Both the position numbers and the translations under genes were made by a program. 27,746 bases of DNA from a virus (lineage: Duplodnaviria; Caudoviricetes). Every line of letters begins with the position of its first letter. Within the stretch, counting starts at the first letter, position 1. Under the pieces are notes generated by a model. It was not told the origin of the DNA. It searched no databases and saw only the letters and a program-made list of their open reading frames with translations. Positions 1 to 8,612 of this stretch are shown in pieces. The DNA lies in the IMG/VR virus record IMGVR_UViG_3300043218_000107, positions 1 to 27,746 of that record. The stretch is one strand, 5' to 3'.

Positions 1-1392
1 GTCTTATATGTATTACCGGCGAATACGCCAGATGCTAATGATTTTAGTACTGCTCGTTTTGATCCTGCGCTTGAAATGAGCCACCATCTTACTAATCTTT
101 TTACAGATGTAAAAAATATTGGCCATAAGCGCGCGGGCAATGCGAACCTTTATATACGTGGCTCAAGGTCAAGATCACAACTTAAGTCAATTCCTGTTGC
201 TGTTGTAATCGTAGATGAAAAAGATGAAATGGTACAGGAAAATGTTGCAATGATTTTTGAACGTATGTCAGGTCAACTTGAAAAACAAGCATTTCAAATA
301 TCAACACCGACTATTGATAAATTTGGGATTAATTCTGATTTTATTCTCAGTTCTCAAAATTATTATATGTTTAAATGTCCTCGTTGTTCGAGATATACAC
401 GTTTAGAATTTCCTGATTGTTTAGTAATTACGGCTGATGATGTAACTGATCCACATTTGCAAGATAGTTATTTAGTTTGTAAAGAATGTAAAGGTAAATT
501 GATTCATGAAGCAAAAACTGAATGGCTTGGATTCGATAATGCAAAATGGATTCCATCATATACTGATAGGTACATATCCGGATATCATATTAATCAATTA
601 TACTCAATGACAGTTAAGCCTTGGGAAATTGCTAATTTATTTTTAAAAGCTCAAACTAATCCTTCGGATGAACAAGAATTTTTTAATTCGAAACTTGGAA
701 TAACCCATACTGTAGAAGGTGCAAGAGTCACTGATTCGGAAATCGAATCCTGCACCGGTGATTTTAAGAAAGCAGTAACTCCTCCACCAAATGCATTATT
801 GACTATGGGAGTTGATGTTGGCAAATGGTTGCATTATGAAATTGATCAATGGTTCTTCGATAAAGACGATTTAGCTCTTGATATAAATTTGACAGCAGTT
901 GCAAAATTAATCTATGAAGGTAAGGTTTTACATTTTGAAGAACTTGATAAATTAATGCAACGATTCGGGATAATGTTTTGTGTTATTGATGCACACCCTG
1001 AGAAAAGAAAAGCTCTTGAGTTTGCACAAAGACATTGGGGACATGCACGACTTTGTTATTATGGTAATAATATTGGAGCTTCAAAACAAATTCATCTTCA
1101 TGCTGAGGAAGAACATACAATGACAGTTGATAGAACCTCATGGCTCGATATGAGTTTCTCAAGATTCCATGGAAATAGAATTAGATTACCTATTGATTTA
1201 TCACATCAATATAAGGATCATATTAAGGCTCCAGTACGTGTGTATGAAAAAGATGGGTATGGTAATCCTATTGGTCGATATGTTACAGGGAATGAGGACG
1301 ACCATTTTGCCCATGCTCGAAATTATGCTGAACTTGCTCTGCCACTGGCAGCTCAAATAACAATGTCTTACGACATAGGGAAAGTATTATGA
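1..1392 (+). CDS. Terminase large subunit, lambda gpA-like (5'-truncated by window edge)
   Basis: Frame is open from base 1. Walker B-like VVIVDEKD, coupling motif ISTPT, Zn-binding CPRC...CKEC, RNase H-like nuclease motifs MGVDVG and DDHFAHA. Lies directly upstream of the portal. Confidence 0.88.
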   Translation, partial: VLYVLPANTPDANDFSTARFDPALEMSHHLTNLFTDVKNIGHKRAGNANLYIRGSRSRSQLKSIPVAVVIVDEKDEMVQENVAMIFERMSGQLEKQAFQISTPTIDKFGINSDFILSSQNYYMFKCPRCSRYTRLEFPDCLVITADDVTDPHLQDSYLVCKECKGKLIHEAKTEWLGFDNAKWIPSYTDRYISGYHINQLYSMTVKPWEIANLFLKAQTNPSDEQEFFNSKLGITHTVEGARVTDSEIESCTGDFKKAVTPPPNALLTMGVDVGKWLHYEIDQWFFDKDDLALDINLTAVAKLIYEGKVLHFEELDKLMQRFGIMFCVIDAHPEKRKALEFAQRHWGHARLCYYGNNIGASKQIHLHAEEEHTMTVDRTSWLDMSFSRFHGNRIRLPIDLSHQYKDHIKAPVRVYEKDGYGNPIGRYVTGNEDDHFAHARNYAELALPLAAQITMSYDIGKVL

Positions 1393-3098
1393 AAACATGG
1401 ATTCCTATTTTTGCCCGAGCAAAGACGCCCGCTGAAATTACACACCCTGACTATGCTTCTGCAACAGCGGATTGGCTCAAATTTAGAGAGACGTATGTTG
1501 GCGGAAAAGCTTTTGTCAATAAGTATCTCAGGAAATTTAGTTTGAGAGAGGATGTTACTGATTTTTCAAATCGGAAGCTAATCTCTTATTGTCCTGCTCA
1601 TGCCAAAGCTGCGTTGATTGATATTAAAAATTCAATCTACCAACGTATGTTTGATATTACCAGAAGCGAAGGTGATCAAACATATCAAGATGCAATTAAA
1701 GGTCTTATGGGTGGAGTAGATTTGGAAGGTCGGACAATGACTAATTTTATTGGGACTCTTACTCTTCCTGAATTAATTTCAATGGGAAAAGTTGGAGTAT
1801 ATGTTGATAAATTTCCTATGCCTGATCAAGCAACCAAAGCCAATATCCAAGGGATACGACCTTATATTTATTATTATCCGGCAGAGGATATTCGATCTTG
1901 GACAATTCAGAATAATATATTAGTTTCTTTGCTTCTTCGTGACTATGTTGAAGAAATTGATGAAATTACTGGATTAGTTACAGGAGTTGTTGAAAAATAT
2001 CGACATCTTCAATTAGTAGAAGCCGGTGTAACTTTTCAGATGTATGATAAAAATGGGATTAAAGAAGGTCAGCAAGCTATAATGAATCTTGGACAAATAC
2101 CTTTTGCTCTTGGACAATTATCTCAAAGCTTGTTGACAGATGTTGCCGATTATCAAATTGCATTATTAAATCTTGAAAGTTCAGACATTGCATATTCGCT
2201 CCAGTCAAATTTTCCATTTTATACAGAGCAGTTCGATCCTCGGATGAAAAATGTTAAATCGATTGTTACAACGGCAGAGGAAGATGGACAGCCTAAAAGA
2301 GAGAATGTCACTGATTCGGGAAATCCGGATATTAAAGTCGGTGTGACAAAAGGTCGTGCATACCCGAAGGGTTTCGAACGTCCAGGATTTATTCATCCTT
2401 CTGGAGAACCTCTTCGAGTGAGTATGGAGAAACAAGCCAAATTAAAACAAGATATTCGGAAGCTTGTGAACCTTTCGTTATCAAATCTTGAAAGACCTTC
2501 TGGCTCAGAACCTTCAAGAGAATTAGATGTTAAAGGTCTTGAAGCAGGGCTATCAAATATTGGTCTTGAACTTGAGAAACTTGAAAGACATATTGCTTCT
2601 ATTTGGGCTAATTATCAACACTCTGAAATTGCTGAGATTAAATATCCCAAGGACTACAGTTTGAAAACGGATGCGGATCGTCGAAAAGAAGCTTCAGAAT
2701 TAACAAAGCTCAAGGAAACTGTTCCTTCTCAAATTTATCAACGAGAACTTTCTAAAGAAATTATTACTGTGACAATGGAACAGAAAGTTTCTTCTGCTGA
2801 TTTGGAAAAGATGCATAGTGAAGTTGATTCTGCAGAGGTTCTTATAACAGATCATGAAACACTCCGTGAAGATCATAAAGAAGGCTTGGTGTCGTCTGAG
2901 ACAGCGAGCAAGGCAATGGGCTATCCTGAAAATGAAGTGGATCAAGCTAAAAAAGATCATGCTGAACGTGCTGCCGCTATTGTAGCTGCTCAGAAGTCTG
3001 TTAGTAATCGTGGCGCACCTGATCTACAACAACCTGGCGACGCTGACCTTGATAAGCAAAATAAGGACGGCCGAGGAGAAGGTAATACTGATGAGTAA
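1389..3098 (+). CDS. Portal protein
   Basis: 569 aa, ATGA overlap with terminase. N-terminal HPDY...W.KFRETY.GG...YL..F..E....F..R pattern typical of siphovirus portals, with a low-complexity charged C-terminal tail. Confidence 0.82.
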   Translation: MKTWIPIFARAKTPAEITHPDYASATADWLKFRETYVGGKAFVNKYLRKFSLREDVTDFSNRKLISYCPAHAKAALIDIKNSIYQRMFDITRSEGDQTYQDAIKGLMGGVDLEGRTMTNFIGTLTLPELISMGKVGVYVDKFPMPDQATKANIQGIRPYIYYYPAEDIRSWTIQNNILVSLLLRDYVEEIDEITGLVTGVVEKYRHLQLVEAGVTFQMYDKNGIKEGQQAIMNLGQIPFALGQLSQSLLTDVADYQIALLNLESSDIAYSLQSNFPFYTEQFDPRMKNVKSIVTTAEEDGQPKRENVTDSGNPDIKVGVTKGRAYPKGFERPGFIHPSGEPLRVSMEKQAKLKQDIRKLVNLSLSNLERPSGSEPSRELDVKGLEAGLSNIGLELEKLERHIASIWANYQHSEIAEIKYPKDYSLKTDADRRKEASELTKLKETVPSQIYQRELSKEIITVTMEQKVSSADLEKMHSEVDSAEVLITDHETLREDHKEGLVSSETASKAMGYPENEVDQAKKDHAERAAAIVAAQKSVSNRGAPDLQQPGDADLDKQNKDGRGEGNTDE

Positions 3099-3777
3099 AT
3101 TAGAATACACCCATGAGGTTGGTGGAATCCCGACCGATGCTGTATCGGTTATTTTTGATGATGCAGGACATAAATATGGAATCAAAAGAAGTGACAATGA
3201 TGCTATTGTTGTTTCTGATGGTTACGAAATGATTCATGTCGGAGTCGGGCAGTATGAGTACGAGTTTAATGATCCTGAATATGATCTGACGTATGATTAC
3301 TCTATTAACGTCGAATATCCAGCTTCTACTTTTAATTATGTCGCTGGACAACTTACAGGATCAACTCTTGCAACTGATGGCGGTTCACTTGTCACAGTTG
3401 AAGAAGGCGATGCATATTTTTCATTTCGTCTTTTTGCTGATCCATGGGAAGATGCAGATGATTTGGACAAGCAGAAAGCTCTTGTTATGTCCACTAAAGC
3501 TGTTGAAGTTTTAGCTCTTATGGATTTTGATGAAACACCACAAGATATTAAAGACGCGATTTGTGAAAATGCATATGCGTTATTAGATGGTGTAAATTCT
3601 GAGATGGAATTTGAAAATTTGTCAATGGTGCAACAAGGGTACGCTAATGTTCGGTCAACCTACAACCGTGGTATTAGCATGGAACATATTGAATCCGGCA
3701 TCGTCAGTATAACTGCATGGCGACTTATTAAGCCGTATCTCGATGTATCCAGAGTAATTCAACTTAGTAGGGTATAA
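3091..3777 (+). CDS. Putative head-tail adaptor (DnaT-like/gp15-like C-terminal domain) with an extra N-terminal beta-rich domain
   Basis: Start moved to ATG 3091 (GAGGAG/AAGG upstream). C-terminal half VTVEEGDAYF...W....DKQKALV...PQDIKDAICE.A resembles phage head-completion proteins. N-terminal half is beta/Ig-like (GVGQYEYEF). Confidence 0.55.
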   Translation: MSKLEYTHEVGGIPTDAVSVIFDDAGHKYGIKRSDNDAIVVSDGYEMIHVGVGQYEYEFNDPEYDLTYDYSINVEYPASTFNYVAGQLTGSTLATDGGSLVTVEEGDAYFSFRLFADPWEDADDLDKQKALVMSTKAVEVLALMDFDETPQDIKDAICENAYALLDGVNSEMEFENLSMVQQGYANVRSTYNRGISMEHIESGIVSITAWRLIKPYLDVSRVIQLSRV

Positions 3778-3789
3778 ATGGAGGTAATT

Positions 3790-4644
3790 ATGAAAACGTT
3801 GTTATTTGCAAAAGATTATGCCCAAGTATGGGTACCGGTATTCGATGATGATGCTGCGGTGAAAGTTGCCCAAAAATATTATGACAGCATCGAAGATAAG
3901 GAATCAGATGCAGCTAAAAACGCCAAACTTATGCTTGACGCGGCAAAGAAAGCAGCTGATTCGTCAAATCTGTTTACTCAGGATCAAGTCAACGGCTTTT
4001 TGGCCGAAGACAAAAAGAAACACCAAACTGCTCATCAGAAGACTTTAGATGAGTTGGAAGCTGTCCAAAAGAAATCGAATCTTTCGGTTGGGGAGCGTAA
4101 TGAACTTGAGAAACAGATTACAGAAACTCGGAAGCTTCTGGAAACAAAAGAAGCGACAACCGAGGAAGCGCTTAAGAAAGCTCAAAAAGCGCATGTAAAG
4201 GAAGTTGAAACTCTCACAGGCGAGAGGAATTTATGGCAAGGACGGTATACCAAGTCGACGATCAATAACAGCTTAACACAAGCTGCGGTCGCCAACAAGG
4301 CTGGCAATCCTGCTCAGGTTATTGCAATATTACAGCCCATCACCACTCTTACAGAGGAGTTAGACCCGAAAGGAAAGCCGACAGGGCAACTTGTCCCAAT
4401 GGTCGCCTGGAAAGATAAGGACGACAAAGGCAAAGATGTAGCCTTGACGCTTACACCTTCGGATGTTGTCAAGAGAATGTCAGAAATGGACGAGCACCTG
4501 AATTTATTCAGTGCTGACGGTGAGGGTGGTCAAGGCAAATTTAGAAGATCAGCTGCGGGCGATATTGATGTCCGCGAAACCGCTAAAGACCCCGCTGCTT
4601 ACCGGAAGGCACGTAAAGAAGGTGCCATACCGATTGGAAACTAA
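3790..4644 (+). CDS. Capsid scaffolding protein
   Basis: GGAGGT RBS before ATG 3790. K/E-rich coiled coil, FTQDQVN motif, LF...G.GG near the C-terminus. Lies immediately upstream of the major capsid gene. Confidence 0.75.
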   Translation: MKTLLFAKDYAQVWVPVFDDDAAVKVAQKYYDSIEDKESDAAKNAKLMLDAAKKAADSSNLFTQDQVNGFLAEDKKKHQTAHQKTLDELEAVQKKSNLSVGERNELEKQITETRKLLETKEATTEEALKKAQKAHVKEVETLTGERNLWQGRYTKSTINNSLTQAAVANKAGNPAQVIAILQPITTLTEELDPKGKPTGQLVPMVAWKDKDDKGKDVALTLTPSDVVKRMSEMDEHLNLFSADGEGGQGKFRRSAAGDIDVRETAKDPAAYRKARKEGAIPIGN

Positions 4645-4663
4645 GCAGGAGGAAAAAACAACC

Positions 4664-6064
4664 ATGAAATTTTATTTTGAAAAAATCTGGACACCCGTCT
4701 TTGACGGTAATGACATTGACGCCCTTATCCCCGAGGTATGGGCACAAGAAGCCTTGATGGTTCTCGAAGCCAATGCAGTTGCGGCTGGCCTCGTCTATCG
4801 AGACTTTGAAGACGAAATCGCGCAATTCGGCGATATCGTAAACGCGCATCGTCCGCGCAAATTCCAGGCCAAACGGAAGGGCTATGACGATGATGTTGTA
4901 ACTCAAGCGGCAGTCGCGGATAATATTCCGGTGCCATTGAACCAGCATCTGTATACTTCCTTCATCATCAAAGATGGTGAGGAATCCAAGTCCTTCAAAT
5001 CACTGCGGGATATGTATTTGATTCCGGCCTTGGAATCAATCAATCAGGCCATGGACGTGATGGTTCTCGGCCAGGTCTACAATTTCCTCGACAATGCCGT
5101 GGGTCAGTTAGGTGTGGCTCTGGATGAAGACACCGTTGTCGATGTTGAGACCAAATTCAACACGCTTCATGTGCCGCCCGGCCAACGTTTTGGACTTCTG
5201 ACCCCGCAGGCCAAAGGTCAGGCATCCAAGATTGACAAATTCACGGATGCCAACCGTATTGGTGATGATGGTACTGCCATTAGAACCGGCGCCCTGGGGT
5301 TCTTGTATGGAACCAACTGGATTATGGCGCAAAATGCTCCGTTCATCAGTTCCGAGCGTGAAGTCTATGCAACAGCTCTGACCGCCAATGAACCTATTGG
5401 TGAAACAGTTCTTGCTGTTACGGCTTTTGCCGCTGAGCATGATGCCCATGTTGGTGGGTGGTTAACTGTTGCCGGTGATATGACACCACAGAAGATTATC
5501 TCTGTGGATAATGCCGCCGAAACAATTACCATTTCCCCGGGCCTGAGAGATGCCTGTGTCAGTACAGCAGTTGTTACCATTTATGTTCCTGGTCTGATCG
5601 ACCTGTCGGCAGGTTATGCAGCCGACTGGTACAAAGAGGTTGAGATAGACACTGTCACCGTCGCTCCCGAAACCGGTCAGCTCATGAGTTTTGATGATGC
5701 GACCACTCCGGCAGCTTTTACGTCCGAAAGTGCGTATGCCGTTATGCCGGGCGCAACCACCACGTTAGTCCTGCCAGAAGTACCTGTCAGGGTAGCCGTG
5801 GATAATAATGATATCGTCGGTCTTGGGCCGTCGGGTAATTATAGCTTCTGCTTTCATCCCGAAGCGATCGCCCTTGTGACCCGTCCTCTGGCAGCCCCGG
5901 CAGCCGGAACCGGCGCGCTCGCATCCGTTGCAAGCTATAACGGATTGTCCATTCGTGTTGTTATGACATATGATGGTGTGAAGCAAGGTCATTTGGTGAC
6001 CGTCGATATGCTGTGTGGCATCAAGGTTCTGAATACCGACCTTGGTATTCCACTGCTCAGCTAA
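4664..6064 (+). CDS. Major capsid protein, HK97 fold, P22 coat-like, with internal insertion
   Basis: AGGAGG RBS before ATG 4664 (466 aa). IPEVWAQEAL..LE...V.RDFE..I...GD.V at the N-terminus and FHPEAIALVTRPL...GLSIRVVMTYD...VDMLCGIKVL at the C-terminus. Higher GC than neighbouring genes. Confidence 0.88.
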   Translation: MKFYFEKIWTPVFDGNDIDALIPEVWAQEALMVLEANAVAAGLVYRDFEDEIAQFGDIVNAHRPRKFQAKRKGYDDDVVTQAAVADNIPVPLNQHLYTSFIIKDGEESKSFKSLRDMYLIPALESINQAMDVMVLGQVYNFLDNAVGQLGVALDEDTVVDVETKFNTLHVPPGQRFGLLTPQAKGQASKIDKFTDANRIGDDGTAIRTGALGFLYGTNWIMAQNAPFISSEREVYATALTANEPIGETVLAVTAFAAEHDAHVGGWLTVAGDMTPQKIISVDNAAETITISPGLRDACVSTAVVTIYVPGLIDLSAGYAADWYKEVEIDTVTVAPETGQLMSFDDATTPAAFTSESAYAVMPGATTTLVLPEVPVRVAVDNNDIVGLGPSGNYSFCFHPEAIALVTRPLAAPAAGTGALASVASYNGLSIRVVMTYDGVKQGHLVTVDMLCGIKVLNTDLGIPLLS

Positions 6065-6093
6065 GCTGATTTTTCAAATCAGAGGTGGAATTA

Positions 6094-6525
6094 ATGAACA
6101 ACTTAAGGCAAATAAGTAATATTATCTATCGGTTGAAACGAAATTATGGCGTTCTTGTTATTTTACGCCGTCTGATCAAAGATAGAACTGATCTTGAGAC
6201 TGGTAGAGTATCTCGGGAATATACCCAAGTTAAAATCAAACGGGGAATTGTTTTACCCGAGAAGCTTATTCCAACTTTTGCTTATGATCTTGCCTATATA
6301 GCTGCGAATAAAAATTTCACCTACGGCGGACTGTTTGGTTCTTCAACACGGCTTGTTATTCTTGATGGTAAGGACGTCCCATCGACTTTCATTATTACTG
6401 AGAATGATGAATTAGTTTTTAGTGATAAAGTTCATGCTGTAAAATCTATTAACGATACAGCAGAGAAGAAGGGATACATTCTAACAGTAACAACAATCTC
6501 AAGTGTGGATAAAGTCAATGAATGA
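6094..6525 (+). CDS. Putative head closure / head-tail joining protein
   Basis: GAGGT RBS before ATG 6094. Size and position after the capsid gene; DLETG motif and beta-barrel-like pattern (D.LVF..K...VK.I). Confidence 0.55.
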   Translation: MNNLRQISNIIYRLKRNYGVLVILRRLIKDRTDLETGRVSREYTQVKIKRGIVLPEKLIPTFAYDLAYIAANKNFTYGGLFGSSTRLVILDGKDVPSTFIITENDELVFSDKVHAVKSINDTAEKKGYILTVTTISSVDKVNE

Positions 6526-6991
6526 GAACTGGCCAAGATGGATATTTGCATCGGTTACAAAGCATTTTGATGGTAACTTGAATGCCTATGAAATTTTTTA
6601 TGAGGGTCAAAAGCGTTCGGCCGAGAATTTCCAAACTGACCTTATTGAGGTTCGAATGGACGGCCCGTATTATTTGCAGCTCAGTAAGACTGAGTATAAT
6701 GCAAAGATTGAAATTAATCTTCTTGCTCAAGCCGCAATTGACGAAAAAGATTTTCATAAGATTCATAGAATGGTTGGAGTAGTCGCGACAGGATTTGCCC
6801 CAGGAATCCAAGTTTTTAAGTATGGCAATGGGGTAAGTGATGATGATTCCTTGATCGGTTGCCTTGATCTAATCCAAGACCGTCAGAATAGGGAGTTTCT
6901 GGTAATAAATCACTTTGGTCAACTCGATCCTGAAAAACAGATAATGCAAGCCACTGTTGAAGGACATTACGAAATCCAATTAACTGGTTAA
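6518..6991 (+). CDS. Putative tail terminator / tail completion protein
   Basis: ATG 6518 overlaps the previous gene. About 157 aa, directly upstream of the tail tube gene. Assignment is from synteny. Confidence 0.5.
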   Translation: MNENWPRWIFASVTKHFDGNLNAYEIFYEGQKRSAENFQTDLIEVRMDGPYYLQLSKTEYNAKIEINLLAQAAIDEKDFHKIHRMVGVVATGFAPGIQVFKYGNGVSDDDSLIGCLDLIQDRQNREFLVINHFGQLDPEKQIMQATVEGHYEIQLTG

Positions 6992-7002
6992 AGGAGACAA
7001 CC

Positions 7003-7818
7003 ATGCATAATTTTGTAAGAATTTGGACACCCGTCTTCGCGACCATTGACCTCAAATATGCAACCATCACAATTAAGGATGGATCAATTGGTGCATTAGT
7101 ATCTGTTGCCGGTGGTGCTTCGGAATGGACAGACTCTCCGACGACTCCAGGTGAAGCATATTACACTGGAGCCGCCATGACGTCCAAACCTGTGCACGTT
7201 GAGCTTGGTGGTGTTGACATTACATTGCAAGAAGGGTCACTTGGCTCTCTCGTCGAGAATGAGTGGGCGTGGGGTGACCAAGATACCCTTGGCGCAAGTA
7301 CCATGTACATCAAGCTTCCTGGTGACGGTGATCCTGACGCTCTGGCTGCTGACTATCTCAAGATTGCTTTGACAGCAGTTCAAGAGAGCATTGAGGTCAA
7401 GATCGGTGAAGGAAATTTAACTTACTCCGAGAACAAAACGATTGAATATATTCTCGATCGTGGTCTTCTCGATGATGTTCGTGAAGGGGATCAGGTACCG
7501 CTTGATCTCAACTTCGACTTCCAATGGGAATATATTGTTGGTGCAACCGGCGGTAGCGTTCCAACGGTGGAAGAAGCGTTAAAGGGAACTGGTGAGGCAG
7601 ACGATTGGGTATCAACTGACTCGGATGCTTGTCGTCCGTATGCAGTTGATATTGAAATTGAGTATCTGCCTGTACCGGACACTTGTGGCGATGGTGAAGT
7701 CATTACGTTCAATGATTTCCGCTATGAGACCCTTGACCACGATCTTCGCGAGGGAACCATCAGTTGTTCTGGACGTTGTAATGTGACAAAGGCCACGGCT
7801 GTAAGGACTGCTCAATAA
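7003..7818 (+). CDS. Major tail (tube) protein with inserted domain
   Basis: AAGGAG RBS. Acidic, beta-rich 271 aa protein located between the completion genes and the chaperone/tape measure. Confidence 0.7.
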   Translation: MHNFVRIWTPVFATIDLKYATITIKDGSIGALVSVAGGASEWTDSPTTPGEAYYTGAAMTSKPVHVELGGVDITLQEGSLGSLVENEWAWGDQDTLGASTMYIKLPGDGDPDALAADYLKIALTAVQESIEVKIGEGNLTYSENKTIEYILDRGLLDDVREGDQVPLDLNFDFQWEYIVGATGGSVPTVEEALKGTGEADDWVSTDSDACRPYAVDIEIEYLPVPDTCGDGEVITFNDFRYETLDHDLREGTISCSGRCNVTKATAVRTAQ

Positions 7819-7844
7819 GCCGTGATTTTAGGAATCATCCAAAT

Positions 7845-7870
7845 AGGGGCGGAGTTAATCCGCCCCTTCT
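7845..7870 (+). terminator. GC-rich hairpin after tail tube gene, probable (partial) intrinsic terminator
   Basis: AGGGGCGGA-GTTAA-TCCGCCCCT is a perfect 9-bp stem at 7845-7867, followed by only a weak pyrimidine tract. Confidence 0.55.
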
Positions 7871-7908
7871 ACCTTACCTATTGGGGTATAAATAGGGTTG
7901 GAGGAAAA

Positions 7909-8388
7909 ATGAAACTTAAAGGGAAAAAATTAGAAGGCCCACAGGAAAGAGTTGTTGTCCTACCAAGACAACAAGGTGAAAATTTAATTTTTAAATTTGC
8001 TGCTGTATTAGAAATGGACAATTTTGATAAATTATGTCCAATTCCTGAGCCAAAAGAAATATTAAAGCCGGGTGGCAATCGTGTTCTTGATATTGAAAGT
8101 AAAGAATATCGTGAAGCACTTGATGATTGGGCTATGAAAAAAACACACTACATGTATCTGAAATCAATTGAAGCCACAGATGATCTCGAATGGGAAACTG
8201 TGGATATGAATGATCCAGATACATGGGAAAATTATGGTGAAGAATTGCTTGAAGCAGGTTTGACAGAAGCTGAAAGACTCAAACTTCTTCAAGTGTATTC
8301 AGAAGTGCAGGGTCTTGATCAAAGTAAGATTGACGCTGCAACGAAAAGTTTTTTAGCCACTCCCCAGGAGGCTCAAGAAAGTTCATAA
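7909..8388 (+). CDS. Tail assembly chaperone (lambda gpG analogue), 159 aa
   Basis: GGAGG RBS before ATG 7909. Acidic helical protein after the tail tube gene, with slippery T TTT TTA near its 3' end. Confidence 0.78.
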   Translation: MKLKGKKLEGPQERVVVLPRQQGENLIFKFAAVLEMDNFDKLCPIPEPKEILKPGGNRVLDIESKEYREALDDWAMKKTHYMYLKSIEATDDLEWETVDMNDPDTWENYGEELLEAGLTEAERLKLLQVYSEVQGLDQSKIDAATKSFLATPQEAQESS

Positions 8389-8612
8389 TACCAAAGTATC
8401 GCACAGAGAAATACGCGATATGGCGAGCATGTGAACGATGGTTTATCCTACCGCCTGGGGTTGTAAAAGAATGGGATGAAATGCATCCTTGGTTCCAAGC
8501 GCAGGTAATTGCTTATGATCAGATTCGTCAAATCGAGAAAGCTGAACACGAAGCAATGATTCTAAAGGCAACGCATGGCACAAAAAGCAGTCATCCAGTA
8601 CGGAAACGTTGA
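8349..8612 (+). CDS. -1 frameshift extension of tail chaperone (gpGT analogue, fusion about 234 aa)
   Basis: Heptamer TTTTTTA at 8349-8355. The -1 frame is open to TGA 8610-8612 (SHSPGGSRKFIIPKYRTEKYAIWRACERWFILPPGVVKEWDEMHPWFQAQVIAYDQIRQIE...) and fills the gap in the ORF track. Confidence 0.8.
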   Translation, partial: FFSHSPGGSRKFIIPKYRTEKYAIWRACERWFILPPGVVKEWDEMHPWFQAQVIAYDQIRQIEKAEHEAMILKATHGTKSSHPVRKR

